DNA of 64,000 nt from Octopus sinensis (GCF_006345805.1 NC_042997.1:44206001-44270000), one strand, 5' to 3'; shown: positions 35,741 through 48,603, counted from the first letter of the stretch. Numbers and translations: made by a program. The notes: a model not told the origin generated them from the sequence alone.

Positions 35741-37520
35741 AAAGATGACAAAAGATAATTACAAATGGTAATGATTGAGAAGACACATCTACCTGTACGA
35801 GCATTCAGGTATTGTGATGTAGGCTGGAATAAATAATACATATATCTACAACTAGGACTTATGCTTATTTTATACCTGCTAAATTGTCATCCGGTACTTT
35901 CTTGCCTTTTCAGTACTCTCTCATCTATTGTCTCTCACCTTTTTTATTCATTGCACAACGTCACCTGTATATCTGATCAGGTCATATATAAATCCATCTT
36001 CTGAGTATCAAGAGAGTGTGTGGGATCTGTTATCTTATACACTCCATCACTCTATCATTGCTATCTGAACTGCCCTTTAAATGTGCTCTCCATCACCCCC
36101 TCCATACTTGCAACTGTCTATCCCCACCTTTTTCTCCTCCAGATTGCTCATTATTGACATCACTTACACTCTCTTACCTTCAACCATTTTTGCAACCATC
36201 CATTATTCATTCTCTCTCTCTCTCATATTGCAATCATTGTTTTTCTGCCTTCTGAGTCTTCTCTCTCCTCTTCACCATTGCTCATCTTCGCTAGTCGCCT
36301 TCTTTTCTACTGACCTTATTGATTATTTTGCCTGAAACAAATAATTACAACATTAAGCAGCAGAAGACTTTTTGTCTTGTGGGAAGCAAGACAACCTCAC
36401 CAGTGCTGTTATAGGGATGAAATGCACTGAGTACACTCTATAATGTGGAACAAGTGGAAGAAAGAATGTTGAGAGGGTTGTCCTTTACTTTTGACTTGTG
36501 AAGGACATGATAACCTCTCCTGTGCTGGTGCCATGGTAAAATGCCCCTGGTACACTCTTTAAACTGGCTGGTGTTTGGCATTCATCCTAAGAAAGAAACC
36601 AATTCAAAATGAAACAAGAGTCCCAATATGTCCCAATAATAATTATCTCAGGTTGTGATAACCTGTCCAAACATGTCATTTCTGATCCTCGTACGAACTG
36701 AATGTCTACTATACTGATGACTGTTTGTGCAAAGTCATCCATTGCCAACAACAACAAATCTAACTGGATTCTTTTCTAGTATGCAAACAAAGTAACTGGA
36801 GAAATATATTTTAGTGTGTCTATGTATATGTGCACACACCTGCATGTGTGTACACCATTTAAGAATGGTTAAGAAGTTCTCTTCACAGTCATGTGATCTT
36901 AGTATCCTGATACATGGAACCTTGGGCAAATGCCTTTTGTTTTTGCCTTAGGTCATCCCTAGTTTTGTGAGTGAAACTGAGTAGACAGAAACTTCATGGA
37001 AATCTGTTGACTGGATTGTACTCAAAATACAAAAGTACCGCCTTTTTCGAGCACAGTGTCATACAGGTTTTGTCTGAGGGTTATTTGAAGGATTCATGTG
37101 TCTGTGAAATGTTCCACAGATTGCATGCTAATTCAGTGACCTAGCCCTGAGCTAAGTAAATTTGGTACATGGAAACTGAAAGAAGCCAGTTATGTATAAA
37201 GATATCATCATCATTTAACATCCACTTTCCATACTGCCATGGGTTGGACAGTTTGACAGTTTTTTTTTTAAGGCAGGATGCCTCTTCCTAATGCCAACCA
37301 CTTTATGGAGTGCTTTTCTGTCTGTACCACCAGCACTACTGAGATTGCCAGCTAACTTGCATGACAGAAGAAAAGGAAAAAGCTTCCACTACTAAATAGG
37401 AAGTATCTGAGAAAGACAGGTGCTTTTATTCCAGATCTTGAAAAGCTAAGGTAAGATAGCGGGACAAGTGCATGTGTCTTGCTCCAGAGGGGATAACATA
37501 GCTTCTCCACATTATATATG

Positions 37521-37569
<49 letters not shown>

Positions 37570-37575
<6 letters not shown>

Positions 37576-38230
37576 AGTAGGTGAGGAGATAAAGGAAGAT
37601 AGTGATGACATGCAATCACTATCTTCGATGGCATGCCAGAGTAAATTCTCAAGGTACAGGAAGGTAAGCATAAGGGAAGATATGGATGGTGGGTCATGGG
37701 AGGGAAAGTGAATAATTTCATAGAATGTAAGAAGGGGGTTCACAGGTGGTGAAAGATGAGGTTGGAGGTGAATGTAGGAAGTGATGGGTAAGGGTGGAGG
37801 TGCAGTTGAAGGAAATAGTATGAAGAGGTGCTAGGTGAGGGATATAGGAGTTGTTCAGGGAGGAGAATAGTAGAATGATGTGGCAAGGTAGAGGTATATA
37901 AGGGCACTATAGTAAATGGGAGTTGAGGGTAGAAATGAGGGGTCATTGAGAATGATAGCAGATAAAAGTATAAAGAATAGGGTACAGACAAGGAGAGATA
38001 TCTGTGGCAGAAAGCACAAAAGGAGGTGATTGGTGGAAATAGTATTGGAAGGGGTGATAATGAAAATTGTAAGTGGTTCCAGGGAGGGAGGTAATCAGAC
38101 AGGAGGTTTTTTTTGCCAATTTTGCTTTCAGGTGATTGCAGCAGCTGAGTAGTAACATAGGGGAATGATAGGTATGAGGGGATGAGAATCGGGGAAATGC
38201 TTGACTGGTCAGAGAAAGGGGGCAGGGCCT
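37570..38230 (-). mobile_element. Possible PLE 3' fragment
   Basis: AKLAKKTSCLITSLPGTTYNF resembles a PLE endonuclease end, followed by a pyrimidine-rich UTR; heavily decayed. Confidence 0.35.
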
Positions 38231-38264
38231 CACGTATGTATGTATATGTGTAAATATATGTATG

Positions 38265-38284
<20 letters not shown>

Positions 38285-38300
<16 letters not shown>

Positions 38301-38791
38301 TGAGAATGTCTGTATGTGTGCATCACTAAAACTCTAGAACTACCTTACCAATTTCATTAAAATTTTATACATGCCTTACTTAGGGTCATGGGCCAAAAAT
38401 ATTTTCAACTTCATGCCTAATGCGATCCCAGAGCAATCTCTTACACTATTTCAGTATTATGCATCAAAAGTGAAACAATAACATCTCTATTGTAATGTGA
38501 GATAATACTTTCAGTTTTAATAGTTTCACTATTAATACTTTCACTATGTATATACTATATACTAATGCACCGTTCACAGCATAGTAAATAATTCCTGTAG
38601 CTACTACATTGGATCTAGCACCATTTTTAAACAAAGATTTAAACACATTTACACTCGTTTAAATATAAAGAGAATAGCAATTCCACATTACTAGCCAGCC
38701 ACGTACATCATCTAATTAATAGAAAAGTACAGTATAAACTTTCCTGGGCTATAATAGATTCGGGTATCCCATATCAGGGCCAACATTCTAG
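38285..38791 (+). mobile_element. Non-autonomous Helitron, family H4
   Basis: (TA)nAAAACTGAGAATGTCTG 5' end; CCC-ATATCA-GGG hairpin and CTAG^T at 38788-38792. Confidence 0.55.
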
Positions 38792-38799
38792 TTGTGGAC

Positions 38800-40215
38800 T
38801 CTGCTTAAAAGAAGCCCTCAAAATTTTAACCCACAACTTGCCGCATTTGCTTAATAAATACAATGAGGCCTTCACTACATGGAAGCACACAGTCTTCCGC
38901 ACTGTGAAAATCTTTCATGAATGTAAATATAAGTTCACCCTCCACAAATAGCACCCACATGCAAACCCCTATCATCATTAATACATACCCCTCTATACCT
39001 CTTCTATCTCTCCTATACCTCTTCTATCTCTCCTATACCTCTTCTATCTCTCCTATACCTCTTCTATCTCTCCTATACCTCTATATCTCTTATTCATATC
39101 TTATATCTTACATCTCCTCATCACTTTGTGAGATAAATATTAATTCTTTAATTTATCCTTAATTTATTTTTAAACCTTAACCCAATAAATCCCCTAATAT
39201 AAATCCAACTCCCACTCATAAATAATTTTAAAATAACTCTAAAGCTACTGACCTTAGCCAGAACAGGCACATCCGATCGTGGCCGTTTACCAGCCTCGTC
39301 TGGCACCTGTGCCGGTGGCATGTAAAAAGCACCCACTGCACTCACGGAGTGGTTGGCGTTAGGAAGGGCATCCAGCCGTAGAAACATTGCCAGATCAGAC
39401 TGGGCCTGGTGCAGCCTTCTGGCTTCCCAGACCCCAGTTGCACAGTCCAACTCATGCTAGCATGGAAAGCGGACGCTAAATGATGATCTCCTCCCCAACA
39501 CCTATAGACTTTAAGACTACCATTGACACATACCACTCTCTTTAAATTCCTTTCATTTTGCTCTATTTTTTCCTTATCTTCCTTTACCTCCTCATCCTCT
39601 CCCTCTTATCTTCTCAGCTATCACGTACACAATTCTTAGACAAATTCACCTCCCCCCCTCACTATCTACCTCTCTTTCTATTTTCTTTCCTTTTTACCAC
39701 TTAGTAGCCACCTCTGTTACCATTTTGTTATTGAATGTTGATATGTTTGTGTCTTTTTTTCTCTGGATGTTTACCATAGAAGGAGTTTAACCCACATGGA
39801 TCTATGCAGGATTGCACCTAAGGACTCAGGCTCCAGTTTCTATAACTTCAGAAAGTTAAACTAGGAACTTTTGTACTTTTTTCTTCTTCTTTCTCTCCAT
39901 CTCCTTATTCTTTCACTCCCTTCCTCTATGTTGTCATCACATTAATATATTCCACTCTCATTTTCCCTATTTGTCTCTGATGATGGAATATCCCATACTC
40001 GGGGATATCCCAGAAACAGCTGTAAGACTCTGAATTTTTTCCAATAATAATATTGTATGCGATTTGAGATGTTTGCCTTGCCTTAATGTTTCTTGTCCTC
40101 TTTAACACTTATATATCCGCTGCACTGGAAATCTGCAATGGCTCAATGGAGTCCTAGTAATCCGTTACAGCACTCACCTAGCGTACATAATTCTTTACAT
40201 CACCTGTGAACTAAA
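38800..40215 (+). mobile_element. PLE 3' fragment (endonuclease end plus long UTR/pLTR with hammerhead), interrupted by an RTE 3'UTR at about 39262-39487
   Basis: KEALKILTHNLPHLLN motif; 20-bp tandem repeat at about 38992-39090; hammerhead at 39973. Confidence 0.6.
39973..40028 (+). ncRNA. Minimal type I hammerhead ribozyme, fully canonical core
   Basis: GTCT | CTGATGA | TGGAATATCCC-ATACTCG-GGGATATCCCA | GAA | ACAGCTGT | A | AGAC; 11-bp stem II with one mismatch, perfect palindromic stem III, predicted GUA cleavage after 40024. Confidence 0.85.
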
Positions 40216-40252
40216 CCCCTATACTTTGTGTGTATGTGTATATATATATATA

Positions 40253-40284
<32 letters not shown>

Positions 40285-40559
40285 CGTATGTATGTGTGTA
40301 TATATATGCATGTGTGTATATATATATGCATGTGTGTATATATATATATATGTATGTATGTGTATATATATGTGTGTGTATATATTTATATGTATGTATA
40401 TATGTACGTGTGTATGTATATTTATGTGTGTGTATATATATATATATATGCATATATATGTATGTATGTGTATATAAACATATATATGTATATTTATATA
40501 GTAACGGAAAGGGAGGAATTTCAATTATCCCCATGGGGTGAGATGTAATATATATAACA

Positions 40560-41560
40560 CATTAAAGATGGAAATTGCGCGTGCTTTTCGTAGTTTTAAT
40601 ATCTTTTATATTATTCTAATTACGTTTTATCTTAAGAAAGATTCAAGACTTCAGAACAACACTAACTGAAAGACAATATCCACCCTCATTTATAGATGAG
40701 GGAAACAGGTGTGCCAAGAAATTAGACATAAAAACACTAAGGGCAACGAAATGTAACACCAAACCTCTTCTCAAAACACTACTGTATGTATCAATTCACA
40801 ACCCTGGGAACAATGAGGCATACAACACTATTGTGCAAAATTTACCTATGTTCACTAGAGACCCAAAAGTGAACATCCTGAGAGCACATAGATTCATCAA
40901 ATGCAAAAAGCAGCACAAATCGCTTAAAGAGACTTCTAACGAATGTGAAGCTTTACACGACAACCATGATACCAATGGTTAAAAAATGTGAACACCCAAA
41001 CTGTGAAACATGCTCCAACCTACTTGAATGCTTCGAATTCTTTTTCAAACAAGGAGAGAAGTTCACAATTACAATCAACTTGTGTCTCTGAGAATCTAAT
41101 TTACGTAATAACCTTCTCAGGTTGTGGACATAACTATATTGGTTCCTGCAATAAAGACAGATTCCTTTAAGTGAACACATAGAGAGATGTGCAGGTAAAA
41201 TCAAACCAAATTTCAAAGTTTTCCCCTTCTACCAGTGCAAGGATACAATTTCTTTGCAAGAACATTTAAATAAAGAAAATTTATTCATTGAAAAACACAC
41301 AACACATCTAAAAATGCTTATGAATTCTTGTGCATATTTCCCTCCACACACACAAACCAAAAGATGAACAATTATCTCCCCTGTCCACAATAATGACAAT
41401 CACCAATTACATCCCCTTCAATTTTTCTACTTGTTGAATCATTCATAAACACACAACATGGACAAAAAATTTTTCTTAAGGAAATATGTAATTGAAATAA
41501 TTTTAATGACATGATTAGCAAAAGTGAAACTGGTCGACAAACACAGTATAAAATATATTA
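40560..41560 (+). mobile_element. PLE fragment: Cys-rich linker and GIY-YIG endonuclease
   Basis: VKKCEHPNCETCSNLL and TCVSENLIYVITFSGCGHNYIG, the typical PLE GIY-YIG N-terminal motif; frameshifted. Confidence 0.75.
41507..41539 (+). ncRNA. Degenerate minimal hammerhead-like motif (A3-U8)
   Basis: TGAC | ATGATTA | GC-AAAA-GT | GAA | ACTGGT | C | GACA; one stem I mismatch; lies just after a PLE ORF. Confidence 0.35.
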
Positions 41561-41627
41561 AACTATGTGAAGTATGTGCATTTTCCTTCTTTAATTTCTT
41601 ATATATATACCTGTGTATGTATATATA

Positions 41628-41692
<65 letters not shown>

Positions 41693-41694
<2 letters not shown>

Positions 41695-41921
41695 CAAGTA
41701 ATAAGAGAGAGACCACATGTGGTCACTCTAACGCTAGAAATAGATCCGCAGAGGGAATCCACCACTAAAGAATTGTTCTCAAGCATTAATTCAATTAATG
41801 CTTGTTGAATTAATTAATGTTGAATTAATGCTTGAGAACAATTCTTTAGTAGTGGATTCCCTTTGCAGATCTATTTCTAGCATTAGAGTGACCACATGTG
41901 GTCTCTCTCTTATTACTTGTA
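41693..41921. repeat. 102-bp-arm inverted repeat, probably a PLE terminal fold-back
   Basis: 41693-41794 versus 41820-41921, four transition differences, 25-nt spacer. Confidence 0.95.
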
Positions 41922-42394
41922 TTAATAATTTTTACTGTATCCCAGTTTTTTTTGCTAGGCTACTTGGTGTTTTAAATTGATGTTATTAATTAATATTCAA
42001 TTTTTTTCACCCTTATTGTGATTTTATATATATATATATATATATATACATGTGTGTTTATACATATGTATTTATATATAATGTATATATATGAGTATAT
42101 ATATACATGTGTATGTATGTGTGTATATGTATGTGTGTGTGTATATGTATGTGTATATATATGTATATGTGTGTATATATATGTGTGTATGTATGTGTAT
42201 GTATATGTATGTATATATGTGTATGTATGTATATATGTATGTGTATATATATGTATGTGTATATATATGTATGTATGTATGTGTATATATATGTATGTGT
42301 ATATATGTATATATATATGTGTGTGTGTGTATTTATGTGTATATATATATTTGTGTATATTATATGTATGTATGTGTATGTATATATGTGAGTA

Positions 42395-42438
<44 letters not shown>

Positions 42439-42490
42439 TATATGTGTGTGTGTGTATATATATATATGTGTGTGTGTGTGTATATATGTG

Positions 42491-42524
<34 letters not shown>

Positions 42525-43085
42525 AGTATATATATATATGTGTGTGTGTGTGTATACAGTGACAGAAGCAGTATGGCTACTAGAAGGCAATCAGTATGCC
42601 CAACTTAATGTCAATATTTTTTCAAAACACCAAATATTGTATTATTTACATAATGAAACCCTCTCATATGGACTAATGGTGTATAAAAGTACTCATATTT
42701 ATATCATTAGTAGACGAAAATCTTCTACTGCAACCACAGGAACTGCCAGATCTCATGATTTCACCGTTTTGGACTCTTCAGTGGGAGACGTCCAGTAGCA
42801 AAATAACAGCCAAATCTCAATGATACATAGAATTTCAGTGTCTTCTGAGGCACTGATGTCACATGTAACCAGCAGACTTATTAAAAAATAATTTATAACA
42901 ACAGATGCAGTATCAGTACCAAAAGATAATTTTTATATCCAACTTAACATGGATGTTTATGTTAGAACACTGAATGCTATGTTAATTACCAAGAGATAAC
43001 TCTTCATATGGACTTGTGGTGCATATATATTTCCTTTGTTTCAGTTATTGGTCTGCAATCATGCTTGGAAACCACCTTGCCTTAA

Positions 43086-43301
43086 CCCTTTCATTACTGG
43101 ATTTATTTTGAGATGCTCTGTGTTTCTTTCAATCAATTTTAAATATGACAAAGAATTTAATAAAATAACTTAGTTATCATTCAGCAAGTGTTAGGAACAT
43201 AAATTGTGACTAAGGTTTGGTGGAAGATTTTAATTCAAAACTTATGAAAACAAGACATTTGTACTACAGAGCCAGTTTCAGCCAGGTTGGTAACGAAAGG
43301 G
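43086..43301. mobile_element. piggyBac-type MITE
   Basis: TTAA^CCCTTTCATTAC ... GTAACGAAAGGG^CTAA. Confidence 0.7.
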
Positions 43302-45191
43302 CTAAAGGGTTTTGTCAATAAAATTGGTTCCATTTCTTAAATCTGGTACTTCTTCTATTTGCCCCACATTTTACTGAACTAAGTTATTGAGATATAAACA
43401 AACTAACACCAAACTAACACCAGTTATTAAGTGTGAACCCTAATTTTTTATTTATTTATTTATTTGCAATCTTCTGTTCTCAAGTTGTGAAAGGAAATAC
43501 CTGAAAAATTTGGTTGATCCTTGTCCATGCAAAATCTTAATACCCTTAACTACAGAAAGCAGTTTTATTTGACAGTCTATATTTTGTTGAGGAATGTATA
43601 AAACTATTTTCTGTTGAGGTCTGTCAAGTTTGCTGAGGCAATGTGACCTGCAGAAAGTACCAATTCTATTTTTGATTTTGGTAGATATTTAACATCATTA
43701 GTCGAATAACCATGTAATTTAATTTTGAAGTTAAAGGCTAAATGCTATTTAAATATATTTTTGTTTGTGTTTCTCAGAATTGTTTTTGTTTTAAAAGAAG
43801 AAAGCTTCCTAACTGTCATAGTTACTACATTTTATTTTTTTTATTTTTATTTTCTAGAAAAGTACAATAGAAGCCATTCTTAAAGATGTATATTAAAAAG
43901 ACAAAGTGAACAATAAATCAACATTTTGCTGTATTGGAAATCTCTCGGCCTTGAGAGAAAACCCTTGAAATAATCAAGAAACTATTACATAAATTATTAT
44001 TATTATTTGACTGTTAAAATAAAAATGTGTGAACTATTGTATTTGACTGTTCTTCTTCCCTTTTGCTCGTTAGAATGTTGGAATCATTTACCTAATTCCA
44101 ATTAGCTATAACTAAATTACTATACAGCTGTATCCTGTCTGTGTATTTGTATTTATATGTTCACACACACACACACAGGTACTATGTGTATGTCTCTATA
44201 TATATATGCGTGTGTGTGTGTGTGTGTGTATGCATGCATATAAATATGTATGACAACTGACCATAAGAATGCAATACTATTTCAACCGTTACAGAAAAAA
44301 TCTTTTCTTTCTTTTTCCTTTTTTTCTTTTCTCTTTGTTTCTTCCTTGTCTTTTCTGTCTTTTTGTCTTTCTTTTTCTCTAACCAAGCCTCCAAAAATTT
44401 ACCACACACACACTCACATATTCAAAATAACAAAAGAACATTCCCTTCTCCATTCAAATACAAATTTTTTACCTAATTCACATATAAAAAGCTTAAATTT
44501 TCTCTAATGATGTCATTCCTGATGAGATGAAAGTGTTCAATAAATAATTATCCAAAACTTTGATTATCGCCGTTTTCTTAATATATTTGTGTTCGGGATT
44601 GGCCTTGAACAAGGCCTTTTCTTGCCTTATAAAACATGCACCACTTGATTTTTAACATCTGTTATATGTCGTATGGTTTGGACATGGCTGAGGAAAGCAA
44701 AATATTCAGTGAAAATTCCACATATGTGTGTATGTGTTTGTATCTGTCTTAGTCCTCCACCATTGCCTGACAACCAATTTTGGTGTTTTTCCATCCCCAT
44801 AACTTAACGGTGCAGCAAAAGAGACTAATCAAATAAGTGCCTGGCTTAAAAAAATAAGTCCTGGGGTTGATTTGTTTGACTAAAATTCTCCAAGCATGGC
44901 CACAGTCTAATGATTGAAACAAGTAAAAGATAAAACATAGTTTTTTGTATCTGTCTTCTATCTTTCACCTGTTTCAGTTATTAGACTGTGGCCATGCTGG
45001 GGCACCACCTTGAAGAATTTTAGTTAAACAAATCCATCCCAGTCCTTATCATTTTTCAAACCTGGTACTTATTCTATTGGTCTCTTTTGCCAAACAACTA
45101 TGTTACGGTAAGTTAAACACACCAACACCAGTTATTAAGCATTGGTGGGGGACAGACAAACACACACACATATAATCGATATATATATATA

Positions 45192-45492
45192 TCACTGTGA
45201 TCACCGTGACCGACCAGGCTATCAGATGTTGCTACACATCGCTGGTCACAATGCGTTTCGCATTGTTTTAGCCTTTAAATGACGCCACCCCGCTGGCTAA
45301 GCGAGCAGGCCAACAGAAGAAAGAGTGAGAGAAAGTTGCGGCGAAAGAGTACAGCAGGGATTGCCACCACCCCCTGCCGGAGCCTCGTGGAGCTTTAGGT
45401 GTTTTCGCTCAATAAACACTCACAATGCCTAGTCTAGGAATCGAAACCGTGATTCTATGACCGCGAGTCCGCTGCCCTAACCACTGGGCCAT
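45192..45492 (-). mobile_element. SINE head 1 with a third tail type
   Basis: Head 1 up to CTTTCTCTCACTCT, then a unique tail ending GGTCACGGTGATCACAGTGA. Confidence 0.75.
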
Positions 45493-45944
45493 CAGTATCT
45501 GTTCCCAAAGCATTCTCAAATAGCTCGACTAAATCAGATCAAAGGTTACATGGTAATACAATCACACCCCAGGAGTATCAACATGTAATTTTGGGGAATT
45601 AAAACAATACAACATTGTCACTGGTTCCATATTACATCTCAAACCTCGAAGAATAAAGGTGAAACTTTTGATGGAGTAACAGTTATAGTTTAACTTTTCT
45701 ATTGTTTCACTTTTAATAGTTTCACTAAATATTGGGTTGGCAACTAAGTTCCCGCCGCCTTTTTAAATTTTGGAATTTATTGTGATTTTAAATTTTAGAA
45801 TCTTTTTTTTTGAGAATTCTATTTTTGAATCATTATATATTTATATATATGTGTATATATATGTATACGTATATATATATCTGTATATGGATATATATAT
45901 ACGTTTGTATGCATATGTATATATGTGTATATGTATATGTATAG

Positions 45945-46310
45945 GGGACAAACAAGGATAGACAAAGGGATTAAATCGATTATATCAATCCCAGTGCGTA
46001 ACTGGTACTTAATTTATCGACCCCGAAAGGATGAAAGGCAAAGTCGACCTCGGCGGAATTTGAACTCAGAACGTAATGACAGACAAAATACCTATTTCTT
46101 TACTACTCACAAGGGGCTAAACACAGAGAGGACAAACAGATTAAGTTGATTATATCAATCCCAGTGTGTAACTGGTACTTAATTTATCGACCCCGAAAGG
46201 ATGAAAGGCAAAGTTGACCTCGGTGGAATTTGAACTCAGAACATAGCGGCAGACGAAATACCGATAAACATTTCGCCCAGCGTGCTAACGTTTCTGCCAG
46301 CTCGCCGCCT
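45945..46310 (-). mobile_element. SINE family B with tandem internal duplication
   Basis: The CCCAGTG(C/T)GTAACTGG...GAACTCAGAAC segment occurs twice. Confidence 0.7.
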
Positions 46311-46671
46311 TTGCAATACTCTTGGAAAAGTTTTGAAAGACTTTATTTCTATCAAAAATTGAAATAAATAAGACTAATCACCAATCAGTGGATATCATCA
46401 GTTATTTAGACAGGCATGACTGTGAGGTAAAAAGCTCGCCTTGATACCATGTAGGGTTGGAGAAATCTCACTGCATAGTGTGTGTGTGTATGTATGGGTT
46501 GTTCATCTTCTACCACTACTTGACAACCAGTGTGGGTTTGTTTACATCTCTAACTTAAAGAGTCTGTTAGAATAAGTAGCTGCCTTAAAAAAAGTACTAG
46601 GGTCAATTTGTCCAGCTAAGCTCTTGAAGATGGTGCCCCAACATGAATGCAATCCAAGAACTGAGACACTG

Positions 46672-46974
46672 GTACTCCATCGGTTATGACAATGAGGGTT
46701 TCAGTTGATCCGATCAATGGAGCAGCCTGCCTATCAAATAAACATGCAAGTGGTTGAGCACTCTGCAGACATGTGTGCCCTTAATATAGTTCTCAGCGAG
46801 ATTCAGTGTGACAAAGCTGGCCCTTTGAGATACAAATACAACTCACTTTTGCCAGCTGAGTGGACTGGAGCAACGTGAAATAAAGCATCTTGCTTAAGGA
46901 CACAACAAGAATCGAACACATGACCTTATAATCATGAGCCAAATCCCCTAACCATTAAGCCATGTGCCTTCACT
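46672..46974 (-). mobile_element. SINE head 2 plus tail A, old copy
   Basis: Reverse complement of the 52144-52470 type. Confidence 0.6.
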
Positions 46975-47220
46975 GACTGAAACAAATCAAAGATATAATA
47001 ACTGAAACAAAGGAGAAGATATCATTTGGGGAAATTACTTATCAACCAAACCTCTTATCTACATACATTTTTTTCATCATCATCATCGTCGTCATCAGTT
47101 CTAGTATTTCTATCTGAAGAAATTATTTGGTTTTATATTACAATTGGTGAACAAAAACTTCATTGGTTAAATGTTTCCATTGGGGGATTCCTGAGAATGT
47201 CTATAATGGATAGGGGCTTC

Positions 47221-47833
47221 ATTTACCTTTTAGCATTTAAACTGGCCATCATCATCATCATCGTTTAACGTCCGTTCTCCATGCTAGCATGGGTTGGGCG
47301 GTTCGACCGGGGATCTGGGAAGCCAAAAGGCTGCACCAGGCTCCAGTCTTATCTGGCAATGTTTCTACAGCTGGATGCCCTTCCTAATGCCAACCACTCC
47401 GTGAGTGTAGTGGGTGCTTTTTATGTGCCACCTGCACAGGTGCCAGGTGAGGCTGGCAATGGCCACGGTCGGATTGGTGCATTTTATGTGCCACCGGCAC
47501 GGAAGCCAGTCGAGGCGGCACTGGCATCGGCCACGATTCGGATAGTGCTTTTTACGTACCACCAGTCCAGGGGTCCTGGCATCTGCCGGGTGCCAGTCAT
47601 AGGATTGGTTCAATTTCGATTCCGATTTCGATTTCATATTCAACCAAAATATTCTACCCATTTTATGTTCAAACCAACCATATTCAGCCTCTCTCACCTA
47701 TCCCACAATGTAATTCTAAAAATAAACAATGACATCGAAATCTTGAATCTATGAGATAAAGCATGATTAATTCAAAACAATGTGAATATATAAGTATTAC
47801 ATTTGACAGAGCTATCTGAATGCTAAAAGGTTA
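47221..47833. mobile_element. piggyBac-type MITE interrupted by an RTE 3'UTR (about 47247-47640, minus strand)
   Basis: Flanks match the intact MITE at about 62963-63166, which ends AAAGGGTTAA. Confidence 0.65.
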
Positions 47834-48603
47834 AAAAAAATATTGATATTTCATTTTTCTTGTCCACAACCTTTAACTGATATACACATACATTTATATA
47901 CTATGAGCTTCTGTATAGTTTCTATCTTAGAAATTTTAGTTACAAAGTATCAGTCTAACCAAGACAATGGTGGGAGGCGCTTTCCAATGTGCCTCTCAGG
48001 GATTGAACCTGGAACCATATGGAATGTGAAGTGAACTAAGACAAGTTTTAATTTCAGAACTATTTACCATTTATGTTACCTATAACATCAAATTCCATAT
48101 ACTAAGTGTACTAATATCATAAAAGCCTCTCACAATAGAGAAACAGGCATAAAAATGCATTATCAGAAGAATGATAACTGGATCTCCCACTCCAACTTAC
48201 AATTATAGACTTATCAGTCCTTTCTATCTCAATGAATTTCTTCCTTGACAGCAAAAGAATCTGTGTTGAAGTTTTTTTTTTTTTTTTTTTTTCCTATTTT
48301 TATTTTATTTTCTTCAAATCAGAAGCTACTTTAATCATGAAAAATTAATTCTCTTTAAAAGATCTACATCTACTAAACTCCAAACAGCAGCCACTGAAAT
48401 AGCTAATTGCAACTTTGAAAAAGATCTGCCTTTTGACAGATATTGATTTGTAAGACTTTCACACTCGTCTTTTGAGTTTCTGTTATCTCTACATTGTCTG
48501 CACTCCACTGCATATTGACCTTTCATCTTCAGGTGTGATGTATGTATATATATATATATGTATGTATGTATGTATGCATACACACACACTTCATATATAC
48601 TTG

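Noticed and set aside
36714-36750. CTGATGA as a hammerhead core
   Set aside because: No downstream GAAA or UH arrangement.
37430-37525. Possible hammerhead relic on the minus strand after the 37570-38230 PLE-like fragment
   Set aside because: Core nucleotides and GAAA are too degenerate to support.
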